A stretch of 64,000 nucleotides of DNA from Narcine bancroftii. Taxonomy: Eukaryota. Every line of letters begins with the position of its first letter. The first letter of the stretch is position 1. This document shows, piece by piece, positions 39,827 to 52,222 of the stretch. Made by a program: the position numbers and the translations under genes. The stretch lies in contig NC_091469.1 of the NCBI RefSeq assembly GCF_036971445.1, positions 128,154,001 to 128,218,000 of the forward strand, in the 5' to 3' direction. The notes beneath the pieces were generated by a model that saw only the letters and a list, made by a program, of their open reading frames with translations, searched no databases and had not been told where the DNA came from.

Positions 39827-40498
39827 CGATCACTTCTACAGTGTTACAGCCAGTAACAGTACCTGGGACTGGAACAGGACAAGCTGGCAGGCTTGTGGAA
39901 AGCCCATTTGTAAGTGCTTTGTTCAGCCTGGTCAAAGCCCTTGTGGTTCTTGCAAGAGGAGAGGAGAGGACTGGCTGTCTCATGTTTCACTTGGAATGAG
40001 AAACAGAAAGGCACTCTGTGGTGACCTGAAAGAAAGAGGTTATCATCTGGAGAACCTTGAAGGGGACAAGTTTCATCAGCAAGACACTGGAGTGGCTGAT
40101 TAAAAAGGAATCAGTTGTGGATGTCCTGAAACAACAAATCTCCCTCTAACCAACAAAAACCTTCCTGAGCAGTAACCATTTACCTTTCAAGCACCAAAGC
40201 CTGGTGAACTTTATAAATGTTAAATTCTGTGCATAGTATAAGAATTGCCTCCAACCAGTGAACTTGGAGGAATGAGAAGTGAGATTGGACTGTGAACCAA
40301 AGAACTTTTCTGAACTTACACACACATTACATCTACGTGCACTTAGAATTAGAAGGGGGTTAAGTTAGGTTAGTTAAGTTAAAGTGTGATTCTATTTTCA
40401 TGTTTAAAGATAATTAAAAGTAACTTTTGTTTAAGTAACTATGTGTCTTGGTGAACATCTATTGCTGCTGGGTTTTGGGGCCCTCTGGCCTCGTAACA
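39463..40498. mobile_element. Solo LTR (~1.04 kb) with internal (GA)n, inserted in an L1 3' fragment
   Basis: TG...CA ends and exact 4-bp TSD GTAG. L1 sequence ctggcagtag|caaaaaaatgtattgc resumes after the insertion. Homologous to 47814-49771. Confidence 0.85.
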
Positions 40499-40687
40499 GT
40501 AGCAAAAAAATGTATTGCGATCACTTGAAAGTCCAACTCCCCTCTACTTATAGCACAATTTTCTGCGGAAATGACCAGCTGTATACCTATGGAAAAAAAA
40601 ATCACATAAAACTTTAAAGAATAAATATAAAATTTTTTTAAGGTCTGGCAGCCATATCTCAACCAAAAATGGCATAAAAGTAACTAT

Positions 40688-40737
<50 letters not shown>

Positions 40738-40960
40738 AAAACATAGTTTCCCCAACTGTACTCTATATACTTAAAATATGTGCAAGGTCTGAGAGTGAAT
40801 GGATCTGAATGTATGGAAAAGGGAGGGGGGCGTGTAAGGAGGAAGGGACTTTTTTGTTTTTGTTTGTTGTGTTTGAGAGAAAAAGTTTAATATATTACAT
40901 ATTTAAAATGTTACTATGTATATTTTTTGGGAAAAACAAACAAAAATTAAAGATTTTTTT
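40499..40960 (+). mobile_element. L1 3' end remnant with (TA)n microsatellite at ~40686-40735
   Basis: Similar to the 3' regions of the L1 copies at 21466-21880 and 34090-34440. Confidence 0.65.
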
Positions 40961-42944
40961 AAATGATCATGGTTATTAGAGTTGAGGGGAGAACACCTGG
41001 GACCAAAGTTCACTTAAACATATTTGTACCGTTCCCTTCAATAACTTAGTAGCAAGATGCACATACTCGTCACTCTCTTGAATAAAGAGGTTTCTTCCAA
41101 ATGAAGAAACATCTGAAAACCATTAACCTGAAATGTTATCATTTTTTCTCTCTCCACATATCTTCCCTAAACTCCTACTTCCAGAATTTATTTTTCTATT
41201 CCTTCTGAATTTTTGACTTGGATTTTTTTTTAGTCTTGCTTTTATGGAATCCTGATATGCTCTTCCCCACAAGTGAAAACATTCTCTCTGCTTTTGTTTC
41301 ATTAAAGCACCTCTTAATTTTAAAAGGCTCTCTTAGTTTATTGCCTGTCATCCTTTCTGGAAAGACAGTCCCTACCTGCTTCTTTCTTGATTCTTCTCAT
41401 ATTCATGGTTTTAACTTTGCAAATCTCGGCACCCTCTCCAGTGCCTTCATAACCTTTTTGTAGAATGGCAACAAGAATTGTACAAGGTAGTCAGTTTCAG
41501 ACTCAGGTCTGAATTATCAACCACCATTCAGTTTCTATTGATGCTATATAACCTACTGAGTTTCTCCAGCACTTTTGTATACTGCACTTGAACCCAGCAT
41601 CTATAGATGTTCTTGTTTCACTGTACAAGCTGTCTAATCAGCTGCAAAAATTTTCTACTTTTAAATTCTATTCCACTAGATAAAAGTTCTGGTGCATGCT
41701 CTTCTTGTTGTATCATCCAGTTAACAGGTGGGATAACTCAACAATTCACTCCATTTCCTGACTAAATAGGGGGTCATTAGGTTCACTGAGTCAATATTAA
41801 CTCACAGGGCATTTCCCATTCTCTATTAATTTTCTCTGCAACCAAATCAGCATTAAAAGCAACGCACTCCCCTTCCCCTACCAAAGCATATACTGGGGGA
41901 AATTACAATAACCGAACAGCCCACACATCTTTGAGATGTGGAAGAAATCCAGAGGCCAGGTTGTAGGAAGTATGAGGAAACAGTTGTGCTGCCAGAGATG
42001 TAACTGGTGCACTGTTCTCCAAATCCTTTTGTTCTTCATCTAGACCAACACTTTTCAAGAAATCAAAACAATCCCTATTCATTAAACCAAAATACATTTA
42101 TTTGTGCTCAATTTAATCTGACAATTATTTAACCCAAAATATTAACTCTCGCTTTTCATGCATATGCAGCCTGATCTACTCAGTATTTCCAGCATTTTTC
42201 TAACATTTGCAATTTTCAAAATTTGAAATCATTGACCTATTCTGGACATTATGGGATTGGTGTGGAAGAAGATCAGCCATGAAGTTATTGAATGGCAGAG
42301 CCGACTTGAACGGCCAAACAGGCTCCCCTTGTCCCTATTTTCTATGCTATTATTCTACAAGTTCATCAACATCCTCTTGCAATTTGTTGGAGTTAATATC
42401 AGTGTAGATTTTGCCTTTAAAATTGGTTTCTTCTACAAACTTTGAAAACATGCTTTTGATCCCAGAGTTTAAATCATGAACACAAAATCATAGGACAATT
42501 TATGAAAGTGCAATATGGTACCAGGACTAGTCCTTGTGGAAGACCACTACCCTGTCTCAATCACAGAGAATAGCTACCCTCTTTCCCAAAAAGGATTTTC
42601 CCCCATTGTCAAGCACCAGACTATTACAGGTACAACACTACATTTGCATCAAAGTCTAAAACTGGAGTTGATCGTAACGCAAACATACAGAAATTAATGT
42701 TAACATACACACCAGATAAAACCCTGCAATTTATCCCGAGTGTGCACACTTCCCCATCTCCTCATACTTGATCGGATAAATTATTCTAACTAACCCGTAC
42801 AGCTCTCAGAATATTTTACAAAAAACAACCAAGCTGACATAAATATAGCAGAAGTTCAATTGTCCGGTTCGTCTTTGAAAATAAGCACAGCTGCCTCAGT
42901 GGTCTAAATCTCGCGTGAAAAATGCAATCGTCTGGATAAGTGGC

Positions 42945-43268
42945 AGCCTAAAGAAATCTCTTGGTGCCTGCCACATTGACCACCGCCAGTGGGCTGATAA
43001 CGCCTCAAACCGTGCATCTTGGCGCCTCACAGTTTGGCGGGCAGCAGCCTCCTTTGAAGAAGACCGCAGAGCCCACCTCACTGACAAAAGGCAAAGGAGG
43101 AAAAACCCAACACCCAACCCCAACCAACCAATTTTCCCTTGCAACCGCTGCAATCGTGTCTGCCTGTCCCGCATCGGACTGGTCAGCCACAAACGAGCCT
43201 GCAGCTGACGTGGACTTTTTACCCCCTCCATAAATCTTCGTCCGCGAAGCCAAGCCAAAGAAAGAAAT
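42945..43268 (+). mobile_element. RTE-clade LINE 3' end, very young
   Basis: Intact ORF end LKKSLGACHIDHRQWADNASNRASWR...FPCNRCNRVCLSRIGLVSHKRACS with a C-terminal Cys/His finger. Short 3' UTR and (aagcc)(aaag)n tail. CpG-rich. Confidence 0.88.
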
Positions 43269-44664
43269 GTTATGTAGGAGCCTGTTTTCCTGCTCAAATT
43301 CTGATTCCTACCCCAAGCCACTTGCTTAAAGCTGGAAACTTCTCCCCTCTTGGAAAAAGAACATGGGGTTTCCTCAGGCTGCACATCAATTTCCTAGATT
43401 TTAAAACAGCTATTAACACCAGACTTTTAGGTGCGATCCATTTGGGAGAAAATGACCCCATTTCCCTGTTGCAGCCTCAAGATCTCAGTGAGGAAAAACC
43501 CAAGGGCATTAGCATTGTTCAACATACTGCTTTTCAACTCTGAGCATAGTTATGCAATTAATGCTTTGAAAAGGAAATAAGCAATTCGAACTTTCATACA
43601 ATTGCAGCTTCTTGTGTAGAATAACCTATAACAGACCAACCAAGTCATTATTCCAGCATATTGTGATCGCAGAGGACAAGGCAAAACTTTCATAGTCTAA
43701 AGGCAGACAGCAGCGTGGCCATGCAGATCAGCAAAATGACAGATTGGATTCGCTGTTTCTAGTGAATGAACTGAAGATCAACACAGGCAGCAGGAAGAGG
43801 CATGCGCTTCTTGTTAGTTAAATCAACTGGGATTCTACCGCTGTGCACCAATAGGCAAGTTCTGCCAGAAGAGCAAACACCAAGTGAGAACAGATTTCCT
43901 ACTGTTAAATAGACCAGTAATACTCACTGCACAGATTGACAAAAACAATAGCTGTTCAGGTAAGCTGAGTGCATCTGTGTGGCACAAATGGCTAACTGCA
44001 CCGAGATATGCATTTTTGCTGTTGCTCAGTCAAACCTGATTGATACGTCAAAAATTGTAAAAACTCATTTTAAAATTCAAAGTCTGCAATTATTACATCA
44101 TAATTACACCAATTAAAATCCACAATAACTGAACAAAATGACCCAGTCTAAAACTGGGTCTAAATCGAACCCCTGCTTCAATTTTCAATGATTTTGATGC
44201 GTTTAATACTTAGAAATCTAAACTTTCTCAATCGAATGGCTACATTCGCAGGATAGGTACATTTCAAATGTCTGAACAGATATAAAGAGAATAGTTATCA
44301 TTTATCACAAGAACAAATGTGCTGTTGTCACTCTTCAAGCTTTTTTTAAAAAAAACTTTAGGTTACTGCATACACAAAGAGTAGTTTTGGCGAAGTAGCT
44401 TTCCCTGCTCTTCATCTGTAGTACAACTATTAGTAACTGGTTCAACTAAGAAAACCTGCAGCCATAAACTAGATACTTTTCAATTACACCATTTAGAATG
44501 TCTTCTGTCTAAAGCAGCATGTTTTGTAGCATCACGTACCTCAAATTAAGACTCAAATGCTTGCATGTTTAAAAAAAAACATCCAAAGGATTATAGATGA
44601 AGATATTAATAATTGAACTAATGCGATGGGAGCCTCATCCCAAGAATAAGGTGCTGATGCTCAC

Positions 44665-44703
44665 CTGAAGTCCTCTTCGCCGGAGAATGCTAGACTCATC
44701 CAT
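44665..44703 (-). CDS. MAST4: First coding exon (alternative N-terminus) of a MAST-family serine/threonine kinase, MDESSILRRRGLQ
   Basis: Minus strand reads ATG GAT GAG TCT AGC ATT CTC CGG CGA AGA GGA CTT CAG|gtgagc, with a strong Kozak context (aacATGG) and a phase-0 donor. The peptide matches the N-terminus I recall for MAST3 (MDESSLLRRRGLQ) and short MAST4 isoforms (MDESSILRRRGLQ). Family is confident; paralog is tentative. Confidence 0.88.
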
Positions 44704-45300
44704 GTTAGTCAGCTTTTTCTCATTTCTTCCACTGTATGGCCATACTGCAGTGCCACAGACCTCACCATGCTAATTCTGAAGCTTGCAGCTGCTAAACACT
44801 TACATCACAGCAATTCCAATTGGAGAGAGAAGGTCAGCTGATGCTTCTAGTTATTCACTCCAGCAACTTCAGGAGCTTATGAATGCTGCTGTGCAGAGCA
44901 GCAAGTGGGCTCCAGCAGTGTTCCCTCACACACTTACATTACGTACATGAGCCAGCTCAAAACAAGTACTTTTGTAGTTGTAAGCCCTTCAAAGAATTTC
45001 TGAAAATCCAAATGCTGGCAAAATCATTAGCTTTCTCCTTAATCATATCTGTGATAAATGCACCACAAACTGGCTTTAAGGTCAAATACTAGGGCAAAAT
45101 CAGTGGGTGACACCTCTGCACAGATAGCAGCTGAATTTAACAGCACAAAACTGGGACACAGCTGGTTCGTGGTGCAGCAAAGCTCCGTCTAGCGCTTTTT
45201 ACAGTGACTTTAAAAAAAAAGCTCAGAAAGCACACGCAGGTTTGACGGCAAAAAGGACTGATCCACTTCTTCAGAGTAATTTATGCAAAATGCCAAAACC
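44704..45300 (-). promoter_or_regulatory. Probable 5' UTR and alternative promoter region of the MAST short isoform
   Basis: TE-free sequence directly upstream of the ATG exon. An upstream ATG...TGA ends 5 nt before the start codon. The TSS cannot be placed from sequence alone. Confidence 0.4.
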
Positions 45301-47813
45301 ACAATCATTTCAGTAAACTTGAGAATTTTTACATGTATGGATCAAGCACAAGAGCAAAATGCCACATCATTCACACACAGCTTAGAATGCCCAGTGTAGG
45401 CTGGTCTCTAGAAACAAATTATTACAATATCTCACATAAGCATACAAAAAAAACACAGATGTAGTCATGTGCATTCTCTTTCTTCCTGCTTTTAAAATAA
45501 TTGGTTTACAATTTTCAGATTCAACCTAGATGAATTTATTTGTCAAAAACATTAAAAGACGAGATCCCCAACACTAAAGGACCTTCTTTTGGCAAATGTT
45601 CTGAAATATTCAGCTTGAATATTTGACTCTTACTAAAATAAACCACAATTAAAAAAAAAATAGAGCTTTAACATCATAGCACTTGATAAAAGGATTAATT
45701 CTACACAAGAGAACTAACAAATCAACAGGGAGAGTGGGAACATCCCAATCTTACACTAAAACACTCAGCAATGACTATATGCCAATATTTACAGGCCAAA
45801 TGCCTCTTTCTGCATGCAATCTACTATTCCCAATATTCCAGACTTGGGACTGCCCAACATTAACACAGAAAATGACATTCATCTTTTTAAATTGACTCAT
45901 TATTTTGAATTTTCCCTTCTTGATACAAGTCAAATGGCGTTGAAAACATTTCCATGTCCAATGCAACAACACTTATGCACAGAGAAGACTTTTTTAAAAA
46001 AAAGAAATACTTCTGTGTCTCCATATGTAGAATTCTTCAGATGTTTCCTGCACATTGTGTTCACGAATGCCCATTCTGCAGAAAAGAAGCATTCAATCTT
46101 GGACCAATACAAGTCCCATTGTGTGATTGGATTCGAAGTGTAGTGTGGTTTACAGGAAGGTTTTATTTCTGAGTTTGCTCAAAATCAACACTTTCTAGGA
46201 TTTAAAAAAAGAGTTTAAATCCAAAAGTGACCAGTAAAACAGAAGGCAAAATTTCTACATGCAGCTCATGGTTATATCTGGGAATGAAGCATCTGAAAAA
46301 TGTGTGGAAAGAGTTTTCAATGATGTTGAGGAGAAAATACTTGATGCAATGATTTGAACTCTAAACTGCCTGTATAACACTTGCTTTCTCAGCACTCAAC
46401 CTATGGTTTATATCTTTCCATCCAAGTTGATTTTACTTTGGAGAAGTAGGCCTCAAGGGTTGTATGCTCTAGGGAGCAACAAACCAGCACAGGGCACAAG
46501 CAGGGAATCACTTCCACCCACAAACCAAGAAGAGTAGCCTTGGAAAGGATCCTACAGGGAAGGTAATCACAGCAGCAGACCAGTAAGGAGTACAGATGAT
46601 GGCTGCAGCGATTGGAGAATGGCTGGAGAGAATCACGTATTGGAACTGGAAATCGTGAGGGTGCCGATGGCGAGCTGGGCTTCCGAATGGTCTTGGGCGT
46701 GAACAGTTTTGTAACCATGAGCTCAGGATCACCACTGAACAGACAAGACGCTGTGTGGCTGCAAAGGAAGCAAATCCCACAGGCACACAGTGCTTATGAG
46801 GGATTCTCTTTTGCTTTACTTTCTCATTGATGGGGCACCTCGTTGTGTGCCTTTACAGCAAAAAAAATCAACACTTTGTGCATTTATGTACATGATAATA
46901 AAGGAACTTGGATTGTGAAAAAGAAACTCCACCCACCAAATTCCAGAAGTGCCCCTGTGTGAAGAGTCAAGAGTTCCCTCTGCTGGCTGCATTCTTCCTC
47001 TAGTTCTGACAACCAGCAGATTAAAGAATGAATAACATTTCAGATCTTCATTATACTTGGTCTGCAGATGTAGGTAAGTTTGGAGGAAAGCAAACAATGG
47101 CAACAATTGGCTTTTTAAAGTTTGACATTTCTTCTTTCTCTAATTTTTGGAATATGCTATCCTTTAGTGAGGCAACCATTACCACCCTCCCCCTTCTTCC
47201 ACCGCCACCAAAAAAAGGTCATAAGGAGGACCCAGCATGTTCACAAAGAAGCATTCCACCTCTGCTCTCTCAAGCAAATGTAAGAAATCTCGAGACATGG
47301 CTTCAATGATGAACAGGAGTCAAATATCTGGTCAAGGCTCTTCCTGCAATATGGCCTGCTGAATATGGATTGGTTTCAACAATTTCAACGTTACAAGAGT
47401 GATTTATTATAAATCATTGATGAATTCCTCCCAAAGTTTTATGGCTTTATAAATTTGGCCTGTCATTTTTATTAAACCTGCAGAAATCTGAATTTCTCAT
47501 CAAAACAATAAAGAGCATAAGGTAGACCAAACTAGCTTCAATGTGAGACAAGGCAGGAGTAAAATTCTTTTCACTGAAACACACCTAACACAACTATTAA
47601 TTAAAGTTTTTAAAGTTTATATACAGTACAGCTCCAATTATCCGAAATAGGATTCTCCAAAATCCTCATTTATCCAAAAAATTTTTTCAGACCTCGGGCC
47701 CCTGGCGCCAGCTGCAGCGCAGCGGAGCTCAGGCTCCCGGTGACAACAGCGGGGACCTAAATCTCCCAAATAGGATTGGGACCCTAGAGCACGAGCGAGG
47801 CCTAGGTGGGGAA

Positions 47814-49771
47814 TGTGACAGAGTATATAGATGTATATAGATATGTTTGTGGGAGATAAATTGGGAAAGGTTTGTTAGAGTAGGTCACATACAAACACTT
47901 TAAAAGAGATCTTATTTAAAATACTGGAGCTCTGCCCATAGTAGATGTATCGGCTCCAAAGCTTTTGCAAGTGTTTTTGAAGAGTGCTCAAGAGACTTCA
48001 CTAATGGATTGTTGTTTTCAAAAGGCAACAGATGAAAGAGCATGTTGGAGTCGCTGCTGTCTGGAAGAGAGCTTGCTGCTGTAAGAGGATCATATGGTTT
48101 TTCAAGCAGANNNNNNNNNNNNNNNNNNNNNNNNNNNNNNNNNNNNNNNNNNNNNNNNNNNNNNNNNNNNNNNNNNNNNNNNNNNNNNNNNNNNNNNNNN
48201 NNNNNNNNNNNNNNNNNNNNNNNNNNNNNNNNNNNNNNNNNNNNNNNNNNNNNNNNNNNNNNNNNNNNNNCAGCCAGCAATAGTACCTGGGACTGGAACA
48301 GAACAAGCTGGCAAGCTTATGAAAAGTCCCCTACTTGGAAGGCAGCCTGGTTAAAGCCCTTGTGGTTCATACGAGAGGAGAGAACTAGCTGTCTAATGTT
48401 TCACTTGTAATAAGAGAAATAAAAAGGTGACCTAAAAGAAAGAGGTTATCATCTGGAAAACCCTGAAAGGGCAAGTTTCGTCAGCAAGACACTGAAGTGG
48501 CTGATGGAAGTACATCAGTGGTAGATGTCCTGGAACAATAAATCTCTCTCTGAAAACCGACAAGAACCTTTCTGAGTGGTAACCATTTACCTTTCAAGCA
48601 CCAAGGCCTGGTGAATTTTATAAATGTTAAATTCTGTGCACAGTATAAGAATTGCCTGCAACCAGTAAACCTGGAGGAATGAGAAGTGAGATTGCATTGT
48701 GAACCTGTAATGGAGTAGATAATTTGGGAGAATTTGGTAAAATTAGAGTAGGTTACATACATACACACATTTTAAAACAGATCTTATTTGAAATATTGAA
48801 GAATTCATATTCAGGAACATTACTATGGAGAATACAAAGCACATTCTCAAGTAGGTGTTAATTGAAATCACGTCATGAAATGAATAGACCATTGTTTGGA
48901 TTGGAGACAGGCTGGCTGGTTGAATAACTGCTTCTGACCTTTCTACAAAGTGCTCACAGAAAGGTCACTCCTGGGTTTTGTTTACCTAAGACAAAAGCTT
49001 GACCAAGAAGGATAACTCCTGTTGTTTGCTAAAGAAGGTGGGGTTTTTTGCAAGTGAGAGTCACATGGATTTTCTGGTAGTTGGAGAGAGAGAGAGGGGG
49101 GGTGGGGTAAGACAAGCTCAACAAGCTCTCTCAGCCAGTGTGTGTGTGTGTGACACTGAAAGAGATTGAACAGTCACGGCTGAAACTTGTTGGGAACAGA
49201 AAACTTGTTGGAAACAGAAAGCTCCATACTGGCGGATAGTTGGAAGTGCTATCTGTCTGATGTTTCTCTTGGAATAAGTGGAACAGAAAGGAACTCTGTG
49301 GTAGCCTGAAAGAAAGAATTATGTTCTGGAGAAACCTGATAGGGCAAGTTTCATCAGAAAGATATTGAGGTCACTAATCGTGGTACCTTTGTTGTGGAAA
49401 TCCTGGAACAACAAATCTCTCTCTGCAAACCTACAAAGAACCTTTCTGAGTGGTAAACATTTACCTTTCGAGCACCAAAGCCTGGTGAATTTTATACATG
49501 TTAAATTCTGTGCACAGTATAAGAATTGCCTACAATTAGTGAACTTGGAAGAATGAGAAGTGAGATTGAACTGTGAACCAAAGAACTTTTCTGAACTTGC
49601 ACGCACATTACATACACGTGCACTTAGAATTAGAAGGGGGTTAAGTAAGTCAATAGAGATAAGTTAAAGTTTGATTCTATTTTCATGTTTAAAGATAATT
49701 AAAAGCAACTTTTGTTTAAGTAACCATTTGTCCATTGCTGCTGGGTTTTGGGGTCCTCTGGGCTCGTAACA
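47814..49771. mobile_element. Composite of two related LTRs (A: 47814-48705, truncated; B: 48706-49771)
   Basis: A starts tgtgacagag and B starts tgtaatggag. They share a single end ...ctcgtaaca. Outer flanks are ggaa/ggag. Both are homologous to 39463-40498. Confidence 0.8.
48111..48270. other. Assembly gap (160 N)
   Basis: Run of N. It lies where the paralogous LTR at 39463 has a (GA)n microsatellite. Confidence 0.99.
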
Positions 49772-51349
49772 GGAGGTGTCAGTGATTGGTGATGGCCAGC
49801 ATTTTTTGGTGAGAATTAAACTTTATTTTAATGGTTTGTTGTTGTTTAAACATTATTATAAGTGGCTTGCTGTTGCTACTGGGCTGTTTTTTAAAAAATG
49901 ACCAGTTCCCCGGAAAAAAAATTGTTTTTCCAAACTGGCCCAGTCCCAACTGTTTCAGATAATCAGAACTGTACTGAATATTTGTTACAAAATACAGTGA
50001 AATGAGTTCTTGTGAAAACAAAACAAGAAATTCTGGAAGTATCATCAGGTCTCGCAGTATCCATTGGAAGTAAAGAAATTACCGATGTTTAGGGCCAGAG
50101 TCCTTCTCCAAGGTGCAAAAGTCCACAGACACTGTGATTGTAGTAAAAACACAGAAATTCTGGAGGAGCTCAGCAGGTCTAGCAGTGTCCATAGAGGGTG
50201 AAGATATATTACCGATGCTTTGGGCCTGTGTCCTTCTTCAAAATACGAGGAAAAAGTAGCCAGGCGCCTAGCAAGTCTGCAGAAGTTGTTGAGGCACAAG
50301 GGAGACTTGCTGAATGAACTTCCTTGGACTTCTAAGATAGAAGGTGGGCTGTTGAGCTTTCTTGACCTTTGGGTAAACCTAGATGTTGGGGTTTAACTGC
50401 AGTTAGTTTTGAAGGAATTGTGTTAATATTTAATACAATAATATCATGTATTTTATGAGTAAAGTTATTTTGTGGGTTGAATTCAGGGGCACACATAATT
50501 ACACTCAGTCCTTTGTCTGTTTATTCATTGTTCTGCTGGTCACTTGGTTGCTTAAAGAGACAGTGTGACTGTTAATTCAAAGCTGTAAACAGTTATCAAA
50601 CTCTTTATGACTGTTGTCCATTGAGAACAATAGGTGTTTGCTCAGAAGCATCTGTGTACATACACAGCCATTTTGCTGGCTGTTCCCATCAGACAATTTG
50701 GGGTCAAGCCTATTCATACTTTTGGAAGAGGTGAAGTTTTAAAAATAGAAATTATGTCATGTCACATGATTAAAGACATTTTCAGAGAACATATTACTGA
50801 AACAGAGACATTTAGAAACCAGAAGAAGGTGCTTGACCATCCTGTAAATCACACAGGATTGAAATCCAGTAACAATCCTTTAGAGAAGGAAGGCAGCTTG
50901 TGTTCTACTCGTGAAAAGGAAGAACACAAAAACAGCAGTTTTAAAGAATATAGCTACTTCAGCTGTCTCTTTGAAAAGCGGAGATTAATTGTGCCCATTT
51001 TTACATGGCCACTTCATGAAACCCTTTCCTGGGTTTGTAAAATCATCGTGGAAGAAAAACAAGTTCTGAAATTTCCATGAAAGAGAAGAAAATCATTTGG
51101 ATGAAAAAACAATTCTTTGAAAACAACTCTTCAAGAAATCCGTGAGTTTTGAGAAGACTGATGCCTCACACTTAATGTATAATTGTTTTTGAACAGCAGT
51201 AAAGAATGAGTTTCAAGACAAAAGCTTTCTGAGACTGAAGTTTAAAATAATCTCATCAGAATTAAGTTTAAAGTGCAATAATATGGGCTTGGACACACTG
51301 GGAAATAGCTTCTTCCCACAGGCTGTGAGACTGATGAATACTAATTGAT

Positions 51350-51905
51350 TCAATTTCAAATTCAGATTTATTGTACATGACATCACATGCAACTGAGAAT
51401 TTTTTTTCCTTGTGAGCAAGGCATAATTACCACTTATTGGTAGGGCAAGTAAAAAACTGTACTCAATGTACGCAAGTAAACAATAATAAAATGTACACAA
51501 ACTGTGCCATATCGAGAGAGAAAAAAATCATTGAAGTGCAAGAGTCCTCAACCGGGTCCCCAATTAAGTCTGATGTTAAAGAGTCTGATTGGGGAGGGGT
51601 AGCAGTTGTTCCAGGACCTGGTGGTGCGAGTCTTGTGGTACCGAAATCTATTTCCTGATGGTAGCAGTGAGGACAGAGCGCATGCTGGGTAGTGTGGTTC
51701 CTTAATGATTGCTGCTGCTCTGCGACGGCAGCGTTCTCTGTAGACGTTCTCAATGGTGGGAGGGTTTTACCCTTGATGTCCTGGGCAGTATTCACTTCCT
51801 TATGCTCAGGGGTATTGGTGTCCCAAGACCAGACTGTGATACAGCTGGCCAGCAGACTTTCAACCACACATCTGGAGAAATTTGCCAGGATTGCCGATGT
51901 TTTGA
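51350..51905 (-). mobile_element. Rex1/Babar LINE 3' fragment
   Basis: ORF VESLLASCITVWSWDT...AQDIKGKTLP and an antisense Rex1 tail (ttcagatttattgt...catcacatgcaactgaga). Confidence 0.85.
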
Positions 51906-52222
51906 ATTTCTGTCACAAATTCTGCTTCAACTGTCCCCTGGCTAAATGCCATAAACTACACTATTTCACATCCTTGCTGACATCTATGAGGGAATAGGAC
52001 CTTGAATCTGTCATGCAACTCCACATCAATCAATACTTCCCAAGCTTCTGATTAGATTAGATTCAACTTTATTGTCATTGTGCCAGTAAAGTACAAAGCC
52101 AATGAAATGTAAAATGCAAGGGGATAAAACCCTGTATCAAGTTTATGCAAACGTGGATGATACAGAACCATTGCCCTCCCTCACTTGGGTCAGTCTGACC
52201 AACTTTCACTATTTATGATTCC

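Larger units (their letters stand above)
3436..44664 (-). other. GT-AG intron (41,229 bp) between the two MAST exons
   Basis: Donor gtgagc at 44664 and acceptor tgcag at 3436. Phase 0 joins ...GLQ to KELSL... Confidence 0.8.
47624..49976. mobile_element. Tigger-like MITE carrying nested LTR insertions
   Basis: TIRs cagtacagctccaattatccgaaat / gtttcagataatcagaactgtactg. Subterminal sequence matches 30372-31268. Confidence 0.82.

Noticed and set aside
39555-40103. 182-aa ORF with an (RE)n run
   Set aside because: Lies inside a solo LTR and crosses a (GA)n microsatellite.
46400-46790. GC-richer block with overlapping ORFs, possibly an old TE coding remnant
   Set aside because: No diagnostic motif or termini, so I could not assign it.
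47912-48410. ORFs spanning X runs
   Set aside because: Artefacts of the N gap.
50290-50632. Possible additional solo LTR
   Set aside because: LTR-like composition, but I could not define convincing TG...CA ends with a TSD.
50634-51080. 148-aa plus-strand ORF
   Set aside because: GTG start, no recognisable motif, antisense to the host gene, and no splice support identified.
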